Position numbers and translations under genes: made by a program. From the sequence record SRR20825019_97: a stretch of 31,178 nucleotides of DNA. One strand, written 5' to 3'. Below the pieces are notes generated by a model. That model did no database searches and was not told the origin of the DNA. It was given only the letters and a program-made list of their open reading frames with translations. The stretch's first letter is position 1. The number at the start of each line of letters is the position of its first letter. Shown in pieces: positions 1-8,608 of this stretch.

Positions 1-1458
1 CATCGGACTCAGGAGAGCCTCTTCCCGCTGGCTGTCGCCATACCCACCTCCTATGTCGGAGTGGACACCCGGCAGGGTGATCTCCCGAAAGTTGGCTGGG
101 AGGGAGCCGTCTCGGCTTCTTACACTGTTAAGCGCGAAGTTTTTACGATGCTCATGGGCCGCAGTTAGATGCACCACTTGGCCAACCTTGGCTGGCTCCA
201 GATAGAGCTTCACGGGATAATTTCGGTCGTTGTAAGCCGACAGGTCACCAGACGCTGGGTTGACGATGGCGGCGACAGAGTCGAACAGTCCTACGAAGCG
301 GATATCCACCTGCGCCGGCCAGAGGATACCATTCTCTACAAACAGCCTTGCCAGCAGGCCGTTTGTTCCCTGATTGATCTCGTGGACCGCGTGGCGGGCC
401 GCCGCTGCTCCTCGGCTGAAGCCGAAAAGATCGAGGGTCAATCTGTCGATGGTTTGTCCTCTCAAGTCTTCTTTCACTCGCAACGCCAGTCTTGAAAAGG
501 CGTAGTCGACTTGCTGAATGACTCCGGCTTCCCCCATACCTGTGGCGGCGCCGTACCATTTATCGTCATCCGCTGTCTTTGTGCCCGCGCCAGGGGCGTA
601 GACCTGCCGCCGATAGATTATCTTTTGCTCGGACTCCACTTTACCTTCTAAATATAGATCTCGCAGTTTCGCCACATTGGTAACCGCATTGCCATAACTG
701 CCACCCATCAACATCGACAGCCGCCACTCACACTCCTCCCGACTGATCTCATCGTTTTCATAGGGAATCAGACAATCCCGCTCCAGTTGCTCGGCAAACG
801 AGCGGGCATTGGCAGCGTTGTTCATGGTGCCGTCGGTAAATATCCCAACTTCCAGATGTACTTTGGGCGGATCGGCTTTGGCGTCCTCGGCCGCCTTTGC
901 CGCCGAAACATTCAGCGGTGCCACCAAAGCGGCTGCTCCCAGCGGCAGGCTTAATCGATGATCTTCCGCCCCGTCTTGCGACTCACGCTCAGATCTCCGC
1001 CATTGACGATAATTCGCCGAGAACAACCCTACACCCAACCCGCCTATACCCTGGGGGTGATACTGGCGCAGCTGTTCAGGAGTAATGTCGCAGGCATTCA
1101 GCTCTGCTACGCCTTTTTGAATGGCATAAGGTAAGTTCATTCCGCCACTGCGTAACCGCCAGCGTCCTCCCGCGGGCAGGCTGTCGTCTGGCAGCCAGCT
1201 CACGACGGGAGAAAGGGGCCGTCCGGACCCGGTATAGACAAGCATCAGCCTGTTATCGCTGACTGCCCGGCAGACGGTTTCGGTCAGATGACGGCCGCTG
1301 CGGGTTTGGGGCCCGAACGCCGATTCCATGCGCGCGCGGACACTGCCATCGTCCTGGATAAGACGCCTAGCCCTATTGGTCGCGATAAAGGGGGATTCAA
1401 TGCGGGGAAGGTGGTAGGCCTTCAGGTCCCATACCGGGACCAGGTCCATAAAGCCCAT
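1..1458 (-). CDS. Tle1-like (DUF2235) alpha/beta-hydrolase phospholipase, T6SS-effector type; 3' end lies beyond the left edge
   Basis: Manual translation: open from ATG at 1458 (AAGGAG RBS upstream) to base 1, 486 codons, no stop, hence absent from the ORF track. Motifs VGIFTDGTMNN, TNVAKL, VYAPGAGT, DLFGFSRGAAAAR (GxSxG), FVGLFDSV, PGVHSDIGGGY. Confidence 0.9.
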   Translation of the reverse strand, partial: MGFMDLVPVWDLKAYHLPRIESPFIATNRARRLIQDDGSVRARMESAFGPQTRSGRHLTETVCRAVSDNRLMLVYTGSGRPLSPVVSWLPDDSLPAGGRWRLRSGGMNLPYAIQKGVAELNACDITPEQLRQYHPQGIGGLGVGLFSANYRQWRRSERESQDGAEDHRLSLPLGAAALVAPLNVSAAKAAEDAKADPPKVHLEVGIFTDGTMNNAANARSFAEQLERDCLIPYENDEISREECEWRLSMLMGGSYGNAVTNVAKLRDLYLEGKVESEQKIIYRRQVYAPGAGTKTADDDKWYGAATGMGEAGVIQQVDYAFSRLALRVKEDLRGQTIDRLTLDLFGFSRGAAAARHAVHEINQGTNGLLARLFVENGILWPAQVDIRFVGLFDSVAAIVNPASGDLSAYNDRNYPVKLYLEPAKVGQVVHLTAAHEHRKNFALNSVRSRDGSLPANFREITLPGVHSDIGGGYGDSQREEALLSPM

Positions 1459-1548
1459 CGTCAGCACTCCTTGTTGACGGTAAAAGACAAGCTGGCCATG
1501 TTAGCCGATGTTTCACGAAGGCAACAATTCGAGTGTCACGTTTTTTCA

Positions 1549-2223
1549 CTAAACCAGGTCCACGCCCTCCGAGTCTCGCAACTTCCCAAGAAGATCGCTG
1601 ATCAAACTGGGCTCGCCAATGGCATCGTCCCATTGCAGCTGCGCCGGACTACCATCCAGATACCATAGCCGGTTCGCCAGGATCTCAGCATCGCGCCCAT
1701 CATGGGTTACGCAAATCATGGCCATGCTGGCGTTGGCGTCCAGGATTCCGGCAATCAGTGTTTTCAGTTCACTCGCCATTACCGGATCAAGAGATGCGAA
1801 GGGTTCATCCAATAGCAACAGGTCCGGTTCAACCGCCAGGCAACGCGCGAGGGCGGCCCGCCGCGCCATGCCAAGGGAGAGCTGATCTGGCAGGTAATGC
1901 CCATATCCAGCGAGACCAACCTGGCCCAGGGCACTCTCAGCCTCCTCATCACTGGCACCGACAAGCTTGAGGTTGGCGTTCAGGGTTCGCCAGGGCAGCA
2001 ATCGATGCTCCTGGAACAGATAGCCAATCCGCAGCGTGTCACAGCCAACAATGGCATCCGACGGGAGTGCCTTATCGAGCCCGGCGATAGCGTTCAACAG
2101 GGTGGTTTTGCCAATACCGGATGGCCCTAACAGGCAGATACGATCGCCCCGCTCAATGGTGGCGAAAACCTCGCCCAACACGGGTTTGCCAAAACTGCGG
2201 CCGGCTATTCGTAGTTCAAGCAT
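1549..2223 (-). CDS. ABC transporter ATP-binding protein (NitT/TauT type)
   Basis: Walker A GPSGIGKT, signature LSLGMARR, Walker B LLLLDEPF, H-loop VTHD. Start set at MLELRI (2223), overlapping the permease stop. Confidence 0.92.
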   Translation of the reverse strand: MLELRIAGRSFGKPVLGEVFATIERGDRICLLGPSGIGKTTLLNAIAGLDKALPSDAIVGCDTLRIGYLFQEHRLLPWRTLNANLKLVGASDEEAESALGQVGLAGYGHYLPDQLSLGMARRAALARCLAVEPDLLLLDEPFASLDPVMASELKTLIAGILDANASMAMICVTHDGRDAEILANRLWYLDGSPAQLQWDDAIGEPSLISDLLGKLRDSEGVDLV

Positions 2224-2992
2224 GGGCCACCTCCGGCTGACGCCAGCGGCTGGAGCGGCGTTCAAGGGGCTGCAGGATGGCCAGCTCGATGAGTTGTACA
2301 ACGGCTATAAAGGCCAGGCTGTAAGCGAGGATGGCAGCCACATCGAACACCTGAAAGGCCATGTGTAACTGGAATCCGATACCACTGGAACGCCCCAACA
2401 GTTCGACCACCAGCACGATTTTCCAGATTAGAGCCAAGCCACCACGCGTAGCCGCCATCAGATAGGGAAACAGTTGTGGTACCCAGACCTCACGAAACCG
2501 TTGCCAGCGGGTGAACTCGTAGACGGTAGCCATGTCCTCGAGCCGGTAATCCAGGCTCCGCGCGCCTTCCCGAACCGTCACCGCCACATTGGGGACCTTG
2601 TTGATCACCACCGCCATCACCGCGGCCACTTCCACCAGGCCAAACCAGACATACATCAGGATGATGGTTACCAGCGCGGGCAGATTGAGAAGCAGGACCA
2701 ACAAAGGATCGAACAGCGCATTGGTGGTTTGGGAGCGCCCCATCACAATGCCAATCCCGGTACCCAGCAGCATGGCCAATGCAAAGGCCACCACCACACG
2801 CGCTAGTGTGGCACCAAGGTGGTGCCATAGGGCTCCGGATTCGGATTCCTGCATCAGGGAATCTAAAACGTCGAGGGGAGACGGCAGCAAGGGGGACTTG
2901 ATCACCCAGGCAACCGCCGCCCAGAAAAAGACAAGAGACGGCAACACCACCCAGTAACTCCAGGCCGGAGGGCGGCCAGAGAAGGCTCTCAC
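2216..2992 (-). CDS. ABC transporter permease (SsuC/TauC-like)
   Basis: Multiple TM segments, LPSP motif, EAA-like loop TVREGARSLD...LEDMA, VELLGRSSGIG; overlaps both neighbours. Confidence 0.92.
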   Translation of the reverse strand: MRAFSGRPPAWSYWVVLPSLVFFWAAVAWVIKSPLLPSPLDVLDSLMQESESGALWHHLGATLARVVVAFALAMLLGTGIGIVMGRSQTTNALFDPLLVLLLNLPALVTIILMYVWFGLVEVAAVMAVVINKVPNVAVTVREGARSLDYRLEDMATVYEFTRWQRFREVWVPQLFPYLMAATRGGLALIWKIVLVVELLGRSSGIGFQLHMAFQVFDVAAILAYSLAFIAVVQLIELAILQPLERRSSRWRQPEVAHA

Positions 2993-4008
2993 GGCTGGCC
3001 CCGGTGGAACAGGTCGGTGGGCATACGATTGTCAGGATTGGCACCAGTGAGCGCCAGCAGACGATACAGGCCCGCAATGCGCTGGTCCGTTAGCGGTAAT
3101 GGTACGCCTGCCACAAACCCTTTCCGCAGTGATTGAAATACAGCGTCGTCAGGCTCACCCATCAGTGGCCGCAGGCGTTGCCAGAACCTTTCGCTATCCG
3201 AGAGCTCGTTCTTGGCCTGCTGCAACGATCTGGCAAAACGGTTCATCAACGCGCGATGGTCTTCCGCCCAATCAGCCGGAAAAACATACCCCAGAACCGG
3301 CAAGTTCCGGTCGAGATTAATGGCGACAAGAAGATCCGACATTCTGAACGCCGAACGCCAGCCGCCCTCACCTCTCAGGCGTGCGGCAAAATGCCAGTAG
3401 GTGACGATGGCATCCACCTGGCCCCGCCTCAGGGCCTGACTCAGCAGCGGTGGAGCGGCAAACTGCACATCGGCGGATGCCGCAAGATTGATCCCTCGCT
3501 GTTCCGCAACCTTTTGCAACAGTACCCAGCCCTTGCCGTCCGGCCCGCCTGCAACGCCGATACGCTTGCCGGCCAGATCGGCCACGGCGCGTATATCGGA
3601 GTCTTCAGCCACCACGATATCGCCAATCTGGGATGAAAACGGTACGTAAAGATAGGGCGCCCCGTCCTCAAAACGGGCCTGAGCCCAATGCAGGTCGGCT
3701 ACAGCCCCGTTGACGGAACCACTGGTTACCGCCAGTCGGGACGCGGGCAGGTTGGCCACCAGCGTGAGATCCAATTGGTAGCCGTTCTTCCGATCCAGCC
3801 CCTGGTGGACTATGTGGTCCAACTCCCAGTGAGCAGTGCCGAACTGCAACACACTGACGGACAACACGGGCAAGGGTTGGTTATCGCTGGCAATAGCTGA
3901 CCCGGGTTGCGCAAAAACTAACCACAGGATGACCATAGCCATCCAGGCAGCGCGGACAGCAGCACCGCGGAATACGGGATCAGGCATTGTTATGGTTTGT
4001 TGACTCAT
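2989..4008 (-). CDS. ABC substrate-binding protein, NitT/TauT family, resembling the PQQ-binding protein PqqT
   Basis: Signal peptide; motifs FGTAHWEL, PFSS, DLAGKRIGVAGGP.GKGW, FAAPPLL, YWHFAARL, LGYVF. Start at MSQQ (4008) with GGAGG just upstream. PqqT resemblance is from recall, not an alignment. Confidence 0.85.
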   Translation of the reverse strand: MSQQTITMPDPVFRGAAVRAAWMAMVILWLVFAQPGSAIASDNQPLPVLSVSVLQFGTAHWELDHIVHQGLDRKNGYQLDLTLVANLPASRLAVTSGSVNGAVADLHWAQARFEDGAPYLYVPFSSQIGDIVVAEDSDIRAVADLAGKRIGVAGGPDGKGWVLLQKVAEQRGINLAASADVQFAAPPLLSQALRRGQVDAIVTYWHFAARLRGEGGWRSAFRMSDLLVAINLDRNLPVLGYVFPADWAEDHRALMNRFARSLQQAKNELSDSERFWQRLRPLMGEPDDAVFQSLRKGFVAGVPLPLTDQRIAGLYRLLALTGANPDNRMPTDLFHRGQP

Positions 4009-4178
4009 CCCTCCACGATACGAAGCCCGCCGGCCGGCAAGAATAGTACTTTGGTGCCTGTTTTTTGGTGCGATGGTCGCATTCAACCCGGGGCGCGGAT
4101 AGCGTGTAATGCAATCATCACAATAATAAACAGAGGATCACACCCCACTTGGGAGATCCCCTGTCCCAGGAGGCCGCC

Positions 4179-4952
4179 ATGCTGAATGAGCCCGATGCCG
4201 CACTCTCTCCCGAAAAGCGCTATGATGTTTCGGAAACCATCCCTGATAATGACAACAAACCGGTGGATCCACCCATGGAGCCAACCTACAAAATATTGAT
4301 TGCCGACGACCACCCGCTGTTTCGTGAGGCCATCAGCAGCGTGATATCGACCGGTTTTAGCGGTAGTCAGATCATTGAAACCGCCGACCTGGACAGCGCC
4401 CTGGACATTACCCGCGAAAACGATGATCTGGATCTGATTCTGTTGGATCTGAATATGCCGGGAATGCACGGTTTGAACGGTCTGATTACCTTGCGGAACG
4501 AAGCGCCAACCATCCCGGTAGTCATTGTATCGGCGGAGGAAGACAAACAGGTGGTGTTGCAGGCCATTACCTACGGTGCCTGCGGTTTCATCACCAAGTC
4601 CTCTCCCCGCGCCCAGATGACGGAGGCCATCCAGCAGATCCTCAACGGCAATGTCTACCTGCCTTCAGACATCATCCGAACCGGCAAGGAAAACACCCAT
4701 CGCCGCAGCCGGCATGAGGACAACCCGATTTCACCAGAGCTGCTGAACTCCCTGACCCGCCGCCAGTTGTTGGTACTGGAACGTATGTCCAAGGGGGAAT
4801 CCAACAAGCAGATCGCGTACAACCTGAACATCGCAGAGACCACGGTTAAAGCCCATGTCTCGGCGATTCTTCGCAAGCTGGGGGTTCACAACCGGGTGCA
4901 GGCGATTCTGTCGGCCAGCGACGTGGATTTCAGTCAGTACCTGAAACGGTAG
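4179..4952 (+). CDS. erbR: LuxR/NarL-family response regulator, AgmR/ErbR-like (regulator of PQQ-dependent alcohol oxidation in Pseudomonas)
   Basis: Receiver [15 protein letters not shown]...[15 protein letters not shown]...[14 protein letters not shown], recognisably like AgmR/ErbR; C-terminal HTH LTRRQ...[36 protein letters not shown] before ATG 4179. Confidence 0.85.
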   Translation: MLNEPDAALSPEKRYDVSETIPDNDNKPVDPPMEPTYKILIADDHPLFREAISSVISTGFSGSQIIETADLDSALDITRENDDLDLILLDLNMPGMHGLNGLITLRNEAPTIPVVIVSAEEDKQVVLQAITYGACGFITKSSPRAQMTEAIQQILNGNVYLPSDIIRTGKENTHRRSRHEDNPISPELLNSLTRRQLLVLERMSKGESNKQIAYNLNIAETTVKAHVSAILRKLGVHNRVQAILSASDVDFSQYLKR

Positions 4953-4956
4953 GAGA

Positions 4957-7218
4957 TCACCCTCTCAAAAGGTGGTTCAGCGCACTGCGCAACTTCAACG
5001 GCTTCACAGGCTTGTTCATTAACACGTGCCCCAGCTCGCGGATGTGCTGCTTCAACTCGTTGGTGTAATTGGCGGTAATCATGACCACCGGAGCCGGACG
5101 CTGGCGGCGGCCATTGATCTCGGCCACCACATCTACTCCATTCTCGTCGTTGTCCAGATGATAATCCGCCAGAATAAGGTCCACGGGGCACTTGGCCGGA
5201 TCCACCTGCCGCTCAAGATCTTCCAGAGAAACCGCGGAAACCACCTGGCAATCCCAGCCTTCCAGCAACGTCTGCATGCCCTGGCAGATAGCGTGGTCGT
5301 TATCGATCACCCAGATCCTGGCGCCACCCAGTCCCCCATGGTTCGACACCACGCGGTCATCATCTGCTGTCGGCCGTTTGGGCAACAACTGCCCGACCGG
5401 CACTTTTACACTGAATACCGAGCCTTTGCCCTGTATCGAGGATACCGTCACCTCGTGACCCAGCATGCGGGAAATCTTGTCGACGATCGCCAACCCCAGC
5501 CCAAGGCCCTTGTCCGGCTGCGAGCCAGCGGGGCGAATGCGCTTGAACTCCTGGAAAATCTCGGTCAGCTTGTCCTCCGGAATACCAGGGCCGGTGTCCC
5601 ACACCTGCAGCAATACATGCTCCCGATGCCGGCGGCACCCCAGCAGAATGCGCCCGGTGCCGGTATAACGAATGGCATTGGTGAGGAAGTTGCGAAGAAT
5701 CCTCGCCAGTAGCTGGGAGTCGGACTCCACGATTGCCGAGGATGGCACGAAGTCCAGCGTCAGCCCCTCCGCCAGTGCCATCTGACGAAACTCACGGGCG
5801 ATGTTGTTGAGCAGGTCCCGCAAGTCGAAGGCCATGATGTCCGGCTTGATCACGCCGGCATCCAGCTTGGAAATGTCCACCAGGGTGCCCAGAAGGTTTT
5901 CCACATCGTCCAAGGAGGTGCTTACCGATCGCACCAGTCCCTCGGCCTTGGGCCCGAAGGAGTGCTCCAACAAAGAACTGGTGAACAGGCGAGCTGCATT
6001 CAGTGGCTGCAGCAGATCATGGCTGACCGCCGCCAGAAATTTGGTTTTCGACAAGTTGGCGCGCTCGGCGTCCATCTTGGCGTCACGCAGTCGCGCTTCC
6101 ACCGCCGCCCGCTCACTGATTTCCTGTCGCAACTGACTGTTGAGGCCAGTAAGAGCTGCGGTACGTTCTTTCACCCGCCGTTCCAGATTATCGTACGCCT
6201 GCTCCAGTGCCAGCGCGGTCTTGCGGCGGTCGGTAATGTCCCGGATCAGCACGAAGAACCCGATAACCTCCTCGTGGTCGTCCACGTTTGGTACGTAGGC
6301 GCGGAGCATGTAGCGGGTCTCTCCGGTGTCGTTGGTTTCCTCGAATTCGAAGTTAACGCTATTACCCCTGAGCACAGCCTGCATATGAGGCACTAGCCTC
6401 TGGTAAAGCTCAGGCTGGTGAATGTTCTCCAGGTGTTTACCAAGCGGCGACTCGCCATTGCGCCCATACCAGGCTTCATAAACCTTGTTGCAGAACTGCA
6501 CGGTCATGTCCGCGCCCACGTAGGCGATGAGTGCGGGCACATGGTCTGTCACCACTCGAATCCAACGTTCGCTCTCTTCAAGCGCCTTGATTCGGCGAGC
6601 CATTTCACTGTTCTTGACGTCAGTAATGTCCGAGTAAAGAACAACCAGCCCACCCTCACGGGTGCTCCTTTCCGTCATCTGCACCCAACGGCTATTGGAC
6701 AGCAGGAACACCGCCCCTTCTGAGGACTCATTCACATGCTCTTCGACCACCAGCCCGGAATTGATCGCCATGGCCTTCAGATCGGCGATAGAAGTGCCGG
6801 GGGGAGGAACATCCAACCGGGCATCGGCCCAGTAACTGCGGAACCGGCTGTTACATTGAATAAGGCGGTGCTGGTGATCAAAAAGCACAAAGCCATCAGC
6901 AATGCTTTCGATAGCGTCTGCCAGACGCTGGCGCGTGGTTTCAGCCTCTTCGCGGGCCCTATTCAGGGCCTTGTTGCTGTGCTTGAGCTCGTCCATGGTC
7001 TGGTTGAGCGCTTCCGTGCGCTCTCGCACCTGCTCCGCCAGAACCACCGAGTGTTCAAACGCCGCATAGGGTTCGGGTTTGTGGGCCGAGCCGGATTCAA
7101 CCCGGACAATCAGGGCATCCCTTATCTTTCGGAGGCGTTCATTCTCCGCCTCCAGCTCGTCAATCCGCTGATCCCTGTGGTCTTCGGGACCAGCCTCAGT
7201 TGTGACTGTAACCGGCAT
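4957..7218 (-). CDS. PAS-domain hybrid sensor histidine kinase/response regulator, NahK/ErcS'-like
   Basis: N-terminal coiled coil, two PAS-like regions, H-box FLAAVSHDLLQPL, N-box NFLTNAIRY, G-boxes DTGPGI and GLGLGLAI, C-terminal receiver (IDND, DYHL, KP). Overlaps the FIST gene end. Start may be 7218 or 7230. Confidence 0.88.
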   Translation of the reverse strand: MPVTVTTEAGPEDHRDQRIDELEAENERLRKIRDALIVRVESGSAHKPEPYAAFEHSVVLAEQVRERTEALNQTMDELKHSNKALNRAREEAETTRQRLADAIESIADGFVLFDHQHRLIQCNSRFRSYWADARLDVPPPGTSIADLKAMAINSGLVVEEHVNESSEGAVFLLSNSRWVQMTERSTREGGLVVLYSDITDVKNSEMARRIKALEESERWIRVVTDHVPALIAYVGADMTVQFCNKVYEAWYGRNGESPLGKHLENIHQPELYQRLVPHMQAVLRGNSVNFEFEETNDTGETRYMLRAYVPNVDDHEEVIGFFVLIRDITDRRKTALALEQAYDNLERRVKERTAALTGLNSQLRQEISERAAVEARLRDAKMDAERANLSKTKFLAAVSHDLLQPLNAARLFTSSLLEHSFGPKAEGLVRSVSTSLDDVENLLGTLVDISKLDAGVIKPDIMAFDLRDLLNNIAREFRQMALAEGLTLDFVPSSAIVESDSQLLARILRNFLTNAIRYTGTGRILLGCRRHREHVLLQVWDTGPGIPEDKLTEIFQEFKRIRPAGSQPDKGLGLGLAIVDKISRMLGHEVTVSSIQGKGSVFSVKVPVGQLLPKRPTADDDRVVSNHGGLGGARIWVIDNDHAICQGMQTLLEGWDCQVVSAVSLEDLERQVDPAKCPVDLILADYHLDNDENGVDVVAEINGRRQRPAPVVMITANYTNELKQHIRELGHVLMNKPVKPLKLRSALNHLLRG

Positions 7219-8476
7219 CGGGCTGACCAATCACCACCCCCGTAAACGTCTGATTGATATGCATACCGTCGAACTGCTCACCATAGGTATTGAAGCCAAT
7301 AACCTTGTGATGGCGAAGGAAATCTGACACTTCATCCACCACGCCGGTGAACTCCGCCTCCAGACGACGAAGAAAGCAGTCGCAGCCGATGGTTACCAGT
7401 GGCGGGCCCACGACCCGCTCGGAGGCCTCAATTTGCTTGCGTACACTCTCGAGGAGCGAGCCCGGCTCCATGGCGGTCATGACAATGCCGGTTTCCACCG
7501 CGCAGTAGAACGTCAGGCTCCCGTCGGCGTTCACCCGTTGTACCGAGCGCACGAAATAGTGCCCCCCGATCCGCACGCCCATCGGTCGCAGCGCGAACAC
7601 CTTGCGGTCAAGCTCTTCCACCGCTACGCCTACTGCGCGGGCGTAGGCTTCCGCTGCCGGTTCCGCGTTCAACTCATAGACGGTCCGGCTCTTCGCATCC
7701 GCGTGAGTAACCACCAGCTTTTCTTCGCGAGCTTGCATGTGGTGCGTGGAAAACACTCGGAAGTCCAATGGCGTATTGACCAGCATCACCGTGGCAGCCC
7801 CGGTGTGGAAGCGGCCCTCGAAAAACACGTGGGTATTGGCCAGACGCTCGTCGTCGCCAGCAGAACCGCCAAATTGAGGAATGGTGCCGAGCGCGGCATT
7901 CAGTGTTGCCAGCACCAGCTCTTCCCGGCTCGACAGCCCATCCAGCAGCGTTATAGCAAAGGTGTTGCCCTTGACTGAAGCCAGGCCGGCATCACGGCAG
8001 GTGGACAGCAAGCCATCAATGACCCCCTGGGCGTCGTGAAGGGTGAAATGCTCAAGCTCACTGATCAGGGCGCATTCAATGGAAAAGTAACGCCGGTCGA
8101 AACCAATGGCGGTAATACACCCCCGGCCGTAACCATCCGGTGTTATTTCCCCTGCAGATGTACAACCACTGACCCGCACGCCGTCAAAGACGTGTTCAAG
8201 GGCAATGCCCAAACGACCAAGATCGTATTCAGCGGAACAGAAAAACAGGACACATCCGAGGTGTTCATGACTGAGCTCGCTGGCAAGGTTGGTGGCGGCC
8301 AGCATCGGATCACGAACATGGGAACTGGCTACCCGAACGGCAGGCAGCGTGGTAACGGGTTTCATGGATACGCGCTCCGAAACCGAGTGGCTTTCACTCG
8401 ATTCTACGGAATCCGCAAACGGAGCCAATGCGACTTCAGTGCTTTTAATTGGCGCGCCAAAATGATCGTAAGCCAT
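7196..8476 (-). CDS. nosP: FIST-domain sensor, NosP-like
   Basis: FIST motifs VLFFCS, GCTSAGEI, LLDGLS, FGGSAGDD, VYELNAEPA, YFVRS, LTFYCAVE, GCDCFLRR, GFNTYGEQ, NQTFTGV; directly upstream of a hybrid kinase as in P. aeruginosa nosP-nahK. Start could be further downstream (MKPV). Confidence 0.85.
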   Translation of the reverse strand: MAYDHFGAPIKSTEVALAPFADSVESSESHSVSERVSMKPVTTLPAVRVASSHVRDPMLAATNLASELSHEHLGCVLFFCSAEYDLGRLGIALEHVFDGVRVSGCTSAGEITPDGYGRGCITAIGFDRRYFSIECALISELEHFTLHDAQGVIDGLLSTCRDAGLASVKGNTFAITLLDGLSSREELVLATLNAALGTIPQFGGSAGDDERLANTHVFFEGRFHTGAATVMLVNTPLDFRVFSTHHMQAREEKLVVTHADAKSRTVYELNAEPAAEAYARAVGVAVEELDRKVFALRPMGVRIGGHYFVRSVQRVNADGSLTFYCAVETGIVMTAMEPGSLLESVRKQIEASERVVGPPLVTIGCDCFLRRLEAEFTGVVDEVSDFLRHHKVIGFNTYGEQFDGMHINQTFTGVVIGQPDAGYSHN

Positions 8477-8560
8477 TGATTAAAAACCCTCCTGAATCAA
8501 TGCCTGCTGGCGCTGCCGATTTGCGGGAAAGCAAACCGGCACTTTAGTCTTAAGTTCGAG

Positions 8561-8595
8561 GCCCCGGCGCCGGGAATCCTTGCCGGTGCTGGGGC
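8561..8595. terminator. GC-rich stem-loop between the porin and nosP genes (possible terminator or mRNA-stabilising hairpin)
   Basis: GCCCCGGCGCCGG...CCGGTGCTGGGGC, an imperfect 13-bp inverted repeat 13 nt past the porin stop; no clear U-tract. Confidence 0.4.
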
Positions 8596-8608
8596 TCTCT
8601 TCAAACAC

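Noticed and set aside
169-1668. Short track ORFs 169..495, 245..559, 897..1085, 1288..1668 and 1397..1633
   Set aside because: All overlap the motif-rich Tle1-like frame or the ABC ATPase.
5026-8479. Series of plus-strand ORFs (up to 228 aa) opposite nahK and nosP
   Set aside because: Antisense shadows without motifs or RBS support.
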